Notes: a model not told the origin generated them from the sequence alone. DNA of 64,000 nt from Felis catus (GCF_018350175.1 NC_058368.1:199580001-199644000); one strand, 5' to 3'; numbered from the stretch's first letter, positions 12,977 through 26,129 are shown. Program-made: numbers and translations.

Positions 12977-14054
12977 GGAAACTGTCAAAGGTGAAGTTTT
13001 AAGACATAAACTTGTCACTTCGAGAAAATTTACACAAAGGCTTCTAGGTAGGTAGGTATGTAGATAGATGGATAGATAGATAGTTGTTAGGATTATGTTT
13101 GTGACGTGGACATATCATCATCCCCTTTACTCAAATTTCCTTTACTGGTTATTCAGACTCTCTCATAACTATTTTCATAGTTAACACTGGTTTTACTACA
13201 TTCTTGGAATGAGGGTGGAGATGGAGACAGGAAGGAGGAGTATTAACTGAGAGAGAACATTCTTCAAGGCAGGCCATGATCTGTAGAAATATCTCGGAGG
13301 TATCTATCTAAGGCACTCCTGTTCTTAATTTTTGTTGAAACCATGAACACCTCTTTGATGTACTGGGTCTGGTAATACACACCTTCTTCCTTTCCAGCCA
13401 GCCATATGAATTTATTTACATCACAAGCCTCTGCCAGAGGCCAGGAAAGAGATCTGTATAGTAATTCCAAACACAGTCAAAAAAGGAAGTGGCTCAGTAG
13501 TTTTCATAAAAGTCAATGACACCTATCAAATGGCATTAGAAATATTTAGGAAGGACTATTCACAGTTGCCTCAAACTGACATGATAGTACCTGTCTCAAA
13601 TCAAATTGAACATCACTGGATGGTTTTTTAAACATTCATCCAAAGTCATGCAGTCAGCAAGACAGTTTCAGCTACCCAGAAAAACAGATGTTAAGTGGTG
13701 AGTGGGCTTTGAAATAGAAATGAAGTCAAGGGTCTTTTATTGCTTTTGAGTGTTTAAAAAGCAAAACAATTTAAATGAAAAACATTCTTTTATATTGCAG
13801 TTTTTACTCATAATCACATTGTGTTGTCTGTGTGTGCAGTCCTATCTATTATAAAAGCCATTTCTACATAGAATTGCTAGTAAAATCAGCTGTATGACAT
13901 TAGGCCTCTACTTACCTTACTATATTAGAAATAAACTGTTAGTTATAAAAACAAATGTATGCTGGGTAGGCAAGAATAAGATTATTAACTTTTCAATTTA
14001 TAAATTAAACAATAAACGTGCCTTAATACATCATAAATTGATGTTCCATTTTTT

Positions 14055-14257
14055 TTAATTTTTATTTATTTTTGAGATGGAGACAGAGCATGAAAGGGGC
14101 AGGGTCAGAGAGAGAGAGGGAGACACAGAATCCGAAGTAGGCTCCAGGATCTGAGCTGTCAGCACAGAGCCTGACGCGGGGCTCGAACTCACAGACCGTG
14201 AGATCATGGCCTGAGCCGAAGTCGGACACTTAACCGACTGAGCCACCCAGGCGCCCC
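14055..14257 (-). mobile_element. CanSINE
   Basis: Full SINEC; perfect TSD tgatgttccatttttt (14039-14054, 14258-14273). Confidence 0.97.
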
Positions 14258-14848
14258 TGATGTTCCATTTTTTAAAACCAAGTCTTCTTTTTACCTAAAG
14301 GAAGATTTTTTTTATTCTCAAAATAACACTCCTCTTTCTGATTTCCTCACTAGTTCTTATGTACTGAATTTAGACATGCTCAGTAATACCAGGGAGCATC
14401 TTGCTGTCAAAGCATTTATTTTTGTTCAGTTACATTCTACTAGCAAGTCTTAGGGCACAAGCCTTTAAGAAGCAGTTTGCTCTCACAATCTCTGCCTCTG
14501 CAGTGGTTCAGTTGAGCAGCTTAGAGAGTCTTTTATTCATTCTCTCTTGTGTAAATCACCATCATGCCTTCCTAAATGAGACCAGAAGGCTCACTTAGCA
14601 TTCTTACCCCACTTTGGGGTACAGTGACCTTTCCTCATTGCTTGAGGGCAGTCCAACCTCATGATTAAGATGAGATCTACCAAGAATGTAGGACTGATGT
14701 CTTGTTCTAGCACTAGTCAAGGGAGTTTGGCCAACTCATGTGTATATGTGGATGTATGTATGAATACATACTGTATGTATGTATTTGTATCTTTAGAAGA
14801 CCAATGTGTATTTACATATGCACTGTTTTTAAAGGACCAATTAATTTT

Positions 14849-15074
14849 AATTTTTATTTATTTAAAAACTTTTTTTGATGTTTATTTATTTTTGACAGAG
14901 AGACAGAGCATGGGCAAGGGAGGGGCAAAGAGAGAGGGAGACACAGAATCTGAAGCAGGCTTCAGGCCCTGAGCTGTCAACACAAAGCCCGATGCAGGGC
15001 TCAAACTCAAGAGCCATGAGATCATGACCTGAGCCGAAGTTGGACACTCAACTGACTGAGCCACGCAGGTGCCC
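14849..15074 (-). mobile_element. CanSINE
   Basis: Full SINEC; TSD ggaccaattaatttt. Confidence 0.96.
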
Positions 15075-15852
15075 ATGGACCAATTAATTTTTAAATAGTA
15101 ATGAACATATTCTCCATGAGTACAAATTTCTAAGGTACAATGTAGTCCAATACTGTTTTGGCATGCAAAGCGCTGATAGCCAAAACCCTGTTTATCAAGT
15201 CTTAGGCTGTCACTCACATATTTCAAACTATATTCCATACTTTTTAAAAATGTATTAAGGCAGTTTTTTAAAGACTATATTAATAAGACTTCCTAAACTT
15301 TGAAAACAAAAAATTTAAAATAATCAGCTTAATATATCCAAATACCCATATATTTGGCCTTAAGCATTAAAATGCCATGATTTTTTTTTGGAGAACTCTT
15401 ATCTCAATGTTTGAAGTCAGGGAGCTATGAGTTATGTCAATTATGAAAATAAGCATAGGTTCATAAATGGCATTGACATTGCCCAGGATTTTGTCCAGCA
15501 TATGCTTAAAGGAATTAGGCAATGCACTTAATGGAAATCAGTGCCATACCTTCAACACATAAAATAGATTCTCTTAATTACCTAAACATGGGATTTTATA
15601 TTTGGAGAGGCACAAATTGCTATTGTTACCCATAGATACTGGTATTTTCTTGGACTAATTTCCATGAAATGGTAAATATATGGTGACTTGTCTTGCTTTT
15701 TTTTTTTAACTACTTTTTATTACAACTGTGTTCCTCCCTTCATCAAGCTTCATTGGCTCTATCTTCTCTGTTCTAGCATTCAAACTTAGAAAACCAATCA
15801 TGGTGTATTTCCTCAGGGCCCAAATCTAGGCTCTTTTAAAGAACTTAAGCTG

Positions 15853-16550
15853 ATACATACAGATGGCTAACAGAGACATGAAAAGATGCTTAATATCACT
15901 CACCATCAGGGAAATACATATCAGAACCATGATGAGATACCACCTCACACCTGTCAGAATGGCTAAAATTAACAACACAGGAAACAACAGATGTTGGTGA
16001 AGATACAGAGAAAGGGGTACCCTCTTGCACTGTTGGTGGGAGTGCAAACTGGTGCAGCCACTCTGGAAAACAGTATGGAGGATCCTCAAAAAATTAAAAA
16101 TAGATCCAATTTGACAATAAATTTCATATTTGAAAAAAAAACAATAAAAAATAAAGGAAAAAAAAGAAGTTGTGGTTTATATATACAATGGAATACTACT
16201 TGGCAATGAGAAAGAATGAAATATGGCCTTTTGTAGCAAAGTGGATGGAACTGGAGAGTGTTATGCTAAGTGAAACAAGTCATACAGAGAAAGACAGATA
16301 CTATGGTTTTTCACTCTTATGTGGATCTTGAGAAACTTAACAGAAGACCATGGGGGAGGGGAAGGTGGAAAAAAGAGAAAGAGGGAGGCAAACCATAAGA
16401 GACTCTTAAAAACTGAAAACAAACTGAGGATTGAAGGGGGGTGGGAGGTAGGGGAAAGTGGGTGATGGGCATTGAGGGCACCTGTTGGGATGAACACTGA
16501 GTGTTTTATGGAAACCAGTTTGACAATAAATTTCATATTAAAAAAAGAAA
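15853..16550 (+). mobile_element. Composite of three L1 3' pieces
   Basis: ORF2 piece 15853-16103; L1 terminus plus A tract 16105-16162; second 3' end 16163-16550. Confidence 0.9.
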
Positions 16551-16667
16551 TATACAATTTGTAATAAAATATTTGGGTCAAATTCTAATTTTTCTACTTC
16601 ACCCTAGGCAGTGAATCTTCCAGAACTTTAGGTTTTCATCCATAAAATAAATAAAGATAAAATACAT

Positions 16668-17010
16668 AAAGATAATCTTGCAATATGTCACAACATGGAT
16701 GAGCCTCGGACAGCATTATGTAAGTGAAATAAAACAGTAACAGAAGGACCAATACTGAGTGGTTCCACTTACATGAGGTGTGTAAAATGTTCAAACTCAT
16801 AGAGCAGAGATTGGAGTGATAGTGCCAGAGGCTGAGGAGGTGGGGGGGGGGGTGTTGCTAATTACAGATACACAGTTTCAGTTATGCAAAATGAGTAAGT
16901 TCTAGAGATTTTTGTATACCATAGAGCCTATAGATAACAGTACTGTATTATACACTTAAAAACCTGTTAATGGATCCCATGGTGTCTTTAGCACAATAAA
17001 ATAAAAATTA
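16668..17010 (+). mobile_element. Old eutherian L1 3' end (L1MB-like)
   Basis: caacatggatgagcct...gttccacttacatgagg...caaactcatagag...taagttctagagat...aataaaataaaa. Confidence 0.8.
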
Positions 17011-17099
17011 AAACAGATTTTAAAAAGCCAGTACACTAATACTCGCCTTAGACATAGTGGATACAATACAATTTGGGGTTATGTGCTTAACTTAACTAC

Positions 17100-17550
17100 A
17101 AACCAGTAGTTCTAAAATTGCCAGTTGCCCACAGGTGGGCCATGGAAGCCACGTTGCAGTACATGGCCCTAGCCTGATGGTCAAATATGATTGGATCAGG
17201 AAAGGATAGCTTTTCAAACTGGGCTGATCAGAGTTATATTTTCCTGGGATCTTGGAATTAAGACTGAGTAACCATAATTCAGTTGCACTGGTCATTTGAT
17301 TACAGGAGAAGTAAACTGGGCATCTTGATGGTCATTGGACATAATGAAACATATGTACAGAGGGAAGATCCAGAGATGAAGAATGCAACCCTCAGGTCCT
17401 CCTGGCCTTCCCAGGTTCTGGTTATAGTTGTTTGTGAGGCTGGTTGCCCTTTGGGTTTCATGAGATAATGATGATGATGGTGGTGATGATGATTTTTTTG
17501 TTAATGTTTGACATTGGTTTATTTGCTACAAAAAAGCTTGATTATGAGGA
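17100..17550 (+). mobile_element. Very old MaLR LTR (MLT1K/L-like), boundaries approximate
   Basis: gattggatcaggaaagg...ctgggctgatcagag...ttcctgggatcttggaatt motif. Confidence 0.4.
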
Positions 17551-18277
17551 TAGAATCAGACTTTGTAAAACCATATTGAACCATATATTATCTATGATTA
17601 TTATTAGAAAATATCTTAATAATTAAGAGGGGGGTGAATATTAGGGAGGACAGTGTAGGAGGTACTCAGGGGCAGTTAGGATCCTGAGTTATATCCTTTT
17701 CAATGTGCCATGTAGATAAATAGGTGTTAATTTACTACTTCCAGTCAATTTTGTTTTTAGTCTAGTGATAAAATGAGAAGTGAAAATAAATTTGGCTTTG
17801 ATGCGGAGGAAAGTAGCCCTGAAAAATTGGGAATTGCCTAATTTAACATTTTTAAGCCAAATGATTTTTGTCTTCTAAATAATTTTGAAGGTGATTTGCA
17901 AAAATCTTATAATATAATTAACTGAGAGAATTAGTGGTCATCCTAAATCTTAATATATAAAAACAAATCAATCAATAGAATTGAAATTAGTGATTGAGAA
18001 ATGGAAGCATAATAGCAATTGTTAACAAATGTACTTTTTTCTTATATTTTTTCTTATTTTATCCATGACTTATAAATATATATTTTTTATCAGTTGTTTC
18101 CAACCTGAGGGCCAAGAATGCCTGGCCTAAAGACATGGGAGTACAGAGTAGATTTAGAGAAAATGACCCCTAAATTCATATATACACCAGGCATGATCTA
18201 TAGGTGTGATAAATACTTTACTTTGAATGAAAAATAGCAAAAATTTATTAAATGATTACTTAATGAATTATACAATT

Positions 18278-18430
18278 TAATTCTCACAACAAGTCCAGAT
18301 ATTATCCCATGTTATAAACGACGCATCTAGGACCTAGAGTGATTTGGTAACTTGTTCAGTGTCAAACAGGTAGTTAATGGTAGAACTGATTTGCACCCAG
18401 TCAGCATGACTCCCAAGCTCTTAACTACCA
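18278..18430 (-). mobile_element. MIR
   Basis: ttctcacaac...attatcccat...ggtaacttg...gctcttaactac. Confidence 0.7.
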
Positions 18431-18456
18431 TAATCCATTATTTCCAGTATAAATAT

Positions 18457-18536
18457 TATTAGGTTGAACCATATGAAATTTCCATTTATCTAGGATGAGA
18501 ACATGCATATATTAACAATTTCATGATTCAACATTA
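18457..18536. mobile_element. MADE2-like mariner MITE (~80 bp, inverted repeats)
   Basis: tattaggttgaaccatatgaaatt ... aatttcatgattcaac inverted pair. Confidence 0.8.
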
Positions 18537-18789
18537 TCTTCTAACTACTTATGTAGTCATGTAAAGCACTTATGTAAAGCACTAACTCATTTAAAAACAT
18601 AATTGAATTGAATATAGTTTAGCAACATGTAATTTTCCCATAATGTAGAAGTTGAAAATACAGCTAGTGTCTTATGGTTTTAATGTCTTTGGTTTACTTG
18701 GGAGGTGACATCTCAGAATGACAAGAGTAAGGGAAAAAGAGCACTTATGCAGAGAAAAAAGAAAAGCAAATACTAGATTGTAAATTTCT

Positions 18790-19003
18790 TTCTTTTTATG
18801 TTTGTTTATTTTGAGAGAGAGAGAGCATGTACAAGAGTGCCAGTGGAGGAGGGGCAAAGAGAGAGGGAGACACAGAATCCGAACAGGCTCCAGGCTCTGA
18901 GCTGTCAGCACAGAGCTTGATGTGGGGCTCAAACTCACAAGCCATGAGATCATGACCTGAGCCGAAATCAGATGCTTAACCGACTGAGCCACCCATGCGC
19001 CCT
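18790..19003 (-). mobile_element. CanSINE
   Basis: Full SINEC; TSD taga(t/c)tgtaaatttct. Confidence 0.96.
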
Positions 19004-19034
19004 TAGACTGTAAATTTCTGAGCTGGCCACAGCT

Positions 19035-19036
<2 letters not shown>

Positions 19037-19081
<45 letters not shown>
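19037..19081. repeat. (AC)n microsatellite
   Basis: About 22 units. Confidence 0.97.
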
Positions 19082-19082
<1 letters not shown>

Positions 19083-19954
19083 CTAGTTACTCAGGCATAC
19101 AGGCTATCTCTTTCTGCATACCATACCCAGAACAGTCTGTCAGAGACAAGAAGACAAAGAAGTTCATTTGCTGGTTACTTTCTTTTTCCCAGTCTTGCTG
19201 AAGTACCCAAAGGTCAAAGTTCAACATTTCCAGCCTTTCCTGGTTAAGTTATCTGATCTTTATAGGCATATCTCCCTCTCATCATCTGAGTCTGGAAGCT
19301 GTGGGAAGAGCCAGAGCCCAATGTGGGTTTGGTCTGACTGGACTATATCTGCTATTGGTTCTGACTCAGTAGGTTGACTGAAGATGGTGCTGACACCTAG
19401 TTCTCACCCTGGGGGACCCTAAGATAGCATTAGTCTATAAGGCCAGAGCAGCGACAGCTAAGGCACTCATTCAGCAAGCCGTTGAGGTGCAGAGGGCTGG
19501 GTGAACCAAGCAAATCTGGGTAAGCTCATAAATGAGATCTGGCATGGAGAACCTCAATTTTATTTGAAGTTTTGAAGAGTTCCTGTTAATCTAAAAATCT
19601 GAAAATCACACAAAAACAGCATCCCTCCCACCCCATTAAAAAAGTTACTTCCTATTTCTTTTCTTGGGTTGCCCTATGATCAGTCATTCCTAATGAAACC
19701 ATAAAGTTTTACTATTATGCTTTTAGAATTAATATAAGGAGACCCCCCCCATTCCTAAAACAATGGCAAACAAATCACTAAACAAAAAACTAGTGTGAAA
19801 TTTAGGAAAGATTGCTTAAGACCACTTATCTGGTACAAAAAGGGGAGTTACATCATTAATAAGTATTCAGGGTTCATCTCTATTTGAGAAAAGATGTTTG
19901 CACTTTTTAAGGCCCTCCAGTGACCATGACTTTGGCATTTTTTCAGTGATCAAA

Positions 19955-20113
19955 AATTAAGTTTTATTGGAATATAGTCATGCTTATTTGCTTATGTGCC
20001 ATTTTTCCTTTTGTGTCACAAAGAATTAAGTACTTGCAACAGAGACCATACAACCCACAAGGCCTAAAATATTTCCTATCTGGCTCTTTGCAGGCATAAT
20101 TTGCTAACCCATG
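19955..20113 (+). mobile_element. MER58A-like hAT-Charlie fragment
   Basis: aagttttattggaa...ttgcaacagagacc...gcctaaaatatttcctatctggctcttt...tttgctaaccc. Confidence 0.8.
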
Positions 20114-20205
20114 CTTTAGGTTGCTTGTCTATATTCTGAAACTCCCCAAAGATTCCCCTGGAAACAACTTTATATACAGCTGCAATCAGTTGCCCAACAT
20201 AATTT

Positions 20206-20256
<51 letters not shown>

Positions 20257-20479
20257 TAAATATGAAATTTATTGTCAAATTGGTTTCCATACAACACCCA
20301 ATGCTCATCCCAACAGGTGCCCTCCTCAATACCCATCACACACCCTCCCCTCCCTCCCATCCCTCATCAACCCTCAGTTTGTTCTCAGTTTTTAAGAGTC
20401 TCTTATGTTTTGGCTTCCTCCTTCTCTAACCTTTGTTTTTATTCCCTTCCCCCTCCCCCATGGTCTTCTGTTAAGTTTC

Positions 20480-21960
20480 TCAGGATCCACATAAAAGTGA
20501 AAACATATGGTATCTGTCTTTCTCTGTATGACTTACTTCACTTAGCATAACACTCTCCAGTTCCATCCACGTTGCTACAAAAGGCCATATTTCATTCTTT
20601 CTCATTGCCAAGTAGTATTCCATTTTGTGTATAAACCACAATTTCTTTATCCATTCATCAGTTGATGGACATTTGGGCTCTTTCCATAATTTGGCTATTG
20701 TTGAAAGTGCTGCTATAAACATTGGGGGTACAAGTGCCCCTATGCATCAGTACTCCTGTATCCCTTGGGTAAATTCCTAGCAGTGCTATTGCTGGGTCAT
20801 AGGGTACATCTATTTTTAATTTTTTGAGGAACCTCCACACTGTTTACAAGAGTGGCTGCACCAGTTTGCATTCCCACCAACAGTGCAAGAGGGTTCCCGT
20901 TTCTCCACATCCTCTCCAGCATCTATAGTCTCCTGATTTGTTCATTTTAGCCACTCTGACTGGTGTGAGGTGATATCTCAGTGTGGTTTTGATTTGTATT
21001 TCCCTGATAAGGAGTGACGTTGAGCATCTTTTCATGTGCCTGTTGGCCATCTGGATGTCTTCCTTAGAGAAGTATCTATTCATGCTTTTGGCCCGTTACT
21101 TCACTGAACTATTTGTTTTTTGGGTGTGGAGTTTGGTGAGCTCTTTATAGATTTTGGATACTAGCCCTTTGTCCAAGATGTCATTTGCCAATATCTTTTC
21201 CCATTCTGTTGGTTGCCTTTTAGTTTTGTTGATTGTTTCCTTTGCTGTGCAGAAGCTTTTTATCTTCATGAGGTCTCAATAGTTCATTTCTGCTTTTAAT
21301 TCCCTTGCCTTTGGGGATGTGTCAAGTAAGAAATTGCTGTGGCTGAGGTCAGAGAGGTCTTTTCCTGCTTTCTGCTCTAGGGTTTTGATGGTTTCCTATC
21401 TCACATTCATGTCCTTTTTCCATTTTGAGTTTATTTTTGTGGATGGTGTAAGAAAGTGGTCTAGTTTCATTCTTCTGCATGTTGCTGTCCAATTCTCCCA
21501 GCATCATTTGTTAAAGAGACTATCTTTTTTCCATTGGATATTCTTTCCTGCTTTGTCAAAGGTTAGTTGGCCATACTTTTGTGAGTCTAATTCTGGCATT
21601 TCTATTCTATTCCATTGGTTTCTGTGTCTGTTTTTGTGCCAATACCATGCTGTCTTGATGATTACAGCTTTGTAGTAGAGGCTAAAGTCTGGGATTGTGA
21701 TGCCTCCCACTTTGGTCTTCTTCTTCAAAATTACTTTGGCTACTTCAGCTTTCTTTTGATTTCCAGTAGCATGATATATAGTTCTCCATCCCCTCACTTT
21801 CAATCTGAAGGTGTTTTCAGGTCTAAAATGAGTCTCTTGTAGACAGCTGATAGATGGGTCTTGTTTTTTTATCCATTCTGATACCTTATGTCTTTGGTTG
21901 GAGCACTTAGTCCATTTACATTCAGTGTTATTACTGAAAGATATGAGTTTAGAGTCATTA
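20480..21960 (-). pseudogene. L1 ORF2p remnant lacking most of EN and all of RT
   Basis: CLQETHF..KKAEVA fused in frame to [18 protein letters not shown]; later stops. Confidence 0.92.
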
Positions 21961-22025
21961 TGATGTCTGTAGGTTTCATGCTTGTAGTGATGTCTCTGAT
22001 ACTTGTGGTCCTTGCAACATGTCAC

Positions 22026-22924
22026 TCACAGAATCCCCCTTAGGATCTCTTGTAGGACTCGTTTAGTGGTGATGAATTCCTTCAGCTTTTGTTTGTTTGG
22101 GAAGACCTTTATCTCTCCTTCTATTCTGAATGAGACTTGCTGGATAAAGGATTCTCGGCTGCATATTTTTTTCTGTTCATCACATTGAAGATTTCCTTCC
22201 ATTCCTTTCTGGCCTGCCAAGTTTCAGTAGATAGGTCTGCCACTAGTCTTATGGGTCTCCCTTTATATGTTAGAGTGTGTTTATCCCTAGCTGCTTTCAG
22301 AAGTTTATCTTTATCCTTGTATTTTGCCAGTTTCACTATAATATGTCGTGCAGAAGATCGATTCAAGTTACGTCTGAAGGGAGTTCTCTGTGCGTCTTGG
22401 AATTCAATGTCTTTTTCCTTCCCCAGATCAGGGAAGTTCTCAGCTATGATTTGTTCAAGTACACCTTCAGCCCCTTTCTCTCTCTCTTCCTCTTCTGGAA
22501 TTCCTATTATACAGATATTGTTCTGTTTGATTGCATCACTTAGTTCTCTAATTCTCCCCTCATACTCCTGGATTTTTTTTATCTCTCTTTTTCTCAGCTT
22601 GCTCTTTTTCCATAATTTTATCTTCTAATTCACCTATTCTCTCCTCTGCCTCTCCAATCTGAGCTGTGGTCACCTCCATTTTATTTTGCACCTCATTTAT
22701 AGCATTTTTTTTAGCTCCTCCTGACTATTTCTTAGTCACTTTAGTCTATCTGTTGCAATAGATTCTCTGCTGTCCTCTATACTTTTTTGAAGCCCAGCGA
22801 TTAATTTTCTGACTATTATTCTAAATTCTTGTTCTGTTATATTGCTTAAATCGTTTTTGATCAATTCGTTAGCTGTCGCTACTTCCTGGAGTTTCTTTTG
22901 AGGAGAATTTTTCCGTTTTGTCAT
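22026..22924 (-). pseudogene. L1 ORF1p, frameshifted
   Basis: MTKRKNSPQKK...; RHIIVKLAKYKDK..YKGRPIRLVADLS; FRIEGEIKVFPNKQKLKEFITTK in different frames. Confidence 0.93.
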
Positions 22925-23884
22925 TTTGGGTAGTCCCTGGGGTGGCATGGAACTGGAGGGCACTTCCCCTGTGCTATCTGGGGTAACTTGTATTGGTGGG
23001 CGGGACTGCAGTCAGACCTGAAGTCTGTCCCCAGCCCACTGCTGGGGCCACATTCAGACTGGTGTGTACCTTATCTTCCCCTCTCCCAGGGGCAGTACTC
23101 ACTGTGGAGTGGTGTGGCCCCTGTCTGGGCTGCTGCTTTGATGGGATCTGGCATATTAGCCAGGGTGGATCCAGAAGGTGCACAGGGGCAGGAGGGGCAG
23201 GCTCAGCTCGCTTTGCTGTTGGTGGTCCCCTGCAGGAGGGGCCCTGCAGCACCGGGAGGGAGGCAGGCAGACCCTTTGGAGGGATGGATCCACAGAAGCA
23301 TAGCGCTGGGTGTTTGCATGGTGCAAGCAAGTTCGGTGACAGGAACTGGTTCCCTTTGGGATTTTGGCTGGGGGGTGGGAGAGGGAGATGGTGCTGGCAA
23401 GTGCCTTTATTCCCCACCCAGCTGAGCTCTGTCTTCCAGAGCTCAACAACTCTCCCTCCCGGTGTCCTCTTGTCCTCCCCACTCTCTGAGAGCAGAGCTA
23501 TTGACTTATAACATTACAGATGTTAAATCCCACTGGCTGTCAGAACTAATGCAGTCTGGCCCCTCTGCTTTCGCAAGTCAGACTCGGGGGCTCTGCCTTG
23601 TTGGGCAGGCTGCCCCTCCACCTCCCTGGCTCCCTCCTGCCAGTCTGTGTAGCACCCACCGCCTTTCTGCCCTTCCTACCCTCTTCCTTGGGCCTCTTGT
23701 CTATGCTTGGCTCCAGAGAGTCCATCCTGCTAGCCTTCTGGGGTTTTCTGAGTTATTTAGGCAGATGTGGGTGAAATCTAAGTGATCAGCAGGATGAGGT
23801 GACCCCAGCGTTCTCCTACGCCACCATCTTCTCCCCAACATAATTTTAGAATTTAGCTAAGTTGCAAGACATTACTAAGTATTC

Positions 23885-23980
23885 TTTTTTTCAAATTTTT
23901 ATTTAAATTCTAGTTAATTAACATGAAGTGCAATATCGGTTTCAGGAGTAGAATTAAGTGATTCATCAGTTACATACACT
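23885..23980 (-). mobile_element. Short carnivore L1 3' terminus
   Basis: tttaaattctagttaattaac...gtttcaggagtagaatt...gattcatc; reverse complement of the 3'UTR type seen at 31350-31415. Confidence 0.75.
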
Positions 23981-25179
23981 AATTATCTGTTCGTAAAGCT
24001 CAAAGTTACATTTGATTTTCTGAAAAGGAGCTGGGACTGCAAACAAAATGCATCCAAGTCCTCCTTTGCTGAAACAAAACTAGTTGAAGACTTCAGACAT
24101 GTGTTTCTTTCCACAGATAATTTAGTGCAGTTCAGAGTGAATCTTTTCAATTGTATGTGAGGTCCTAACACCCTCAAAATAAAGACAGCACTTACCATTG
24201 GCCAGTTGAGAAGAGTTGGTTACTTCTTGTCTTCCCTGACAAGTTGTCCCACCTCTGGCTTCAAAGGCTAGTCTAAGTCAGCCACCTTCTCTCTAATTTT
24301 CTTTTCCCAGACTCTTCCTACCCCTCAACGTCAAATCTGCTTCTCAGAAAATTTCACCAGCTAATCAACAGCCACTGTGCACAGGGAGTGGGAAGGAAAA
24401 CTAGCAATTAAATCATGACTTTGTCTTTTATTCTCATTGGAAAGACAGCGCCTTTCATGACACAGTGCCCCCAAACACTGCTATATGGAATAGATCCTGA
24501 GAAGTATTCAGTTCCTCCAGACAGTACTTGGTCACATTTCTATTGTTGTTGGACAAATCCCATTTCAGTACTGGCCGGAACTGACCTTCCGTAGCTGATC
24601 CATTCTGAATAGCCCATTGCTTGAGGTGTTAGGATTTCAGCCAAACTGAAAGAAATATAATCCTAGAACACTGTGTATTGCTAATATTTTTCTCTTTAGA
24701 TAGGTTTTCAAGAAGAGCCTAGGGATGGGAAAATTGAGTGGGGAGGAAGAAGCAAGAGAAAGGAGAGTAAAAGGCATTTGCCATAATCCTGTGTTCTGAT
24801 GTTGCCACTATGGTAGTAACCATATGACAAATGTCAATAGCATTGTTCCTACTGTCCTCCTCAATGATATTACAACAGTCCTTTCTGGTGAACAAACAAT
24901 AAGATGATGTGTTTGTCTGCCTGAGTAAGGAGACTGCTTGTGAATACAACAGAGCCACTCACTTTTAGAAAAATCTTGCTTGTTCTTTTCTTTTATGAAC
25001 AAAAATCCTTTTCCTACCTAAGACCCACTACAGAAGACGGGTATGATGGAAAAGGTTCCCACACAGGGGGGCTTTAAGTATCTGGAAACCTCATTTACTT
25101 GGCATGAGTCTTTCAAAACTACCAGGTTTTCTAGTTTTAAGACTATTTGTTAACTTTAATTGCAGTTCACTGTGAAGCT

Positions 25180-25225
25180 GGCTAAAATTCAATAGCTAAA
25201 AGGGCTAAAATTCAATAACTAAAAG
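25180..25225. repeat. 23-bp tandem duplication
   Basis: ggctaaaattcaata(g/a)ctaaaag twice. Confidence 0.9.
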
Positions 25226-25689
25226 GTCAAAATACAATTACATAAGGAATGGGCAAGCTAGATCAGTTTGGAATTGGCTCAGGTTTTCATCTTATTCTTT
25301 CATGGTCCCAGATTGAGTATCTTTTAAAGTTTAGAGCAGAATATTTAAAAAACATATACATAGGAGGAAAATAAGATTAATTCCTAGTATTGTATGGTGA
25401 TATGACAAGCGACAGCATGATTTTAAAAAGTTCATAATAAAAACTTGAACAATATGTTACTTCATCTGCAGTTTTTCCCCATCCCCCAGAATTGCACTAC
25501 ATTTTTGAGGCCTTTTTGGTCCCTTTGTATCAATTTATTTTTGAAACATTAGTATATGGAAATAGCCACACAGGAAATAACGCACCCAGGTTGAAGAAAA
25601 GGCTAAAATATGAACATCTGGCTACAGTTTATTGATTAGCCCATGACAAAAAATAAGCACTAGCAATAGTTTGGGTCATAGAACTAGAG

Positions 25690-25902
25690 TTTTTTTTTTT
25701 TTCTTAAGATTATTTGTTTATTTGAGAGAGAGAGAGCATGCGAGTGGAGGACAGGCAAAGAGAGAGGGAGAGAAAAAAAATCCCAATCTGCACTGACAGC
25801 ACATAGCCCAAAGTGGGGCTTGAACCCACAAACCGGTGAGATCATGACCCAAACTGAAATGAAGATTTGGATGCTTATACGACTGAACCAACCAGGTGCC
25901 CC
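25690..25902 (-). mobile_element. CanSINE (older, diverged)
   Basis: T tail, GA tract, ...gactgaaccaaccaggtgcccc. Confidence 0.92.
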
Positions 25903-26129
25903 AAAGTACTGAAACTTAAAAATAAAGTGCCAATTGCTTGACATCATGAATGCAGCATTATTATTATATTTTTAAATACTTAATGCCTGGCCAGTGATCT
26001 GGAAAAGAAGAGAAGGTATCCAACTCTGTCATTGCTCTTGAATAAAGCAAGACACAGGAGGTAATTAGTGACCCTTACAAGACAAAATGGAATGTTATCC
26101 ATTTCCAAAACCGTTCATACTTTCCCAAG

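Larger units (their letters stand above)
20207..23833 (-). mobile_element. L1 with intact termini and a large internal ORF2 deletion (3.6 kb)
   Basis: 5'UTR, ORF1, ORF2 start fused to ORF2 C-terminal third, 3'UTR, (TAAA)n tail; perfect 14-bp TSD cccaacataatttt (20193-20206, 23834-23847). Confidence 0.97.

Noticed and set aside
21721..21760. Splicing as the cause of the L1 internal deletion
   Set aside because: Using the nearby GT and AG would give GAA|CCAAAG, but the sequence keeps GTAGCCAAAG; a 6-bp microhomology explains the junction.
22993..23511. Antisense ORFs in the L1 5'UTRs (also 62202-62450) as an ORF0 analogue
   Set aside because: They start at non-ATG codons, the frame and length differ between the two copies, and GC-rich sequence is naturally stop-poor.
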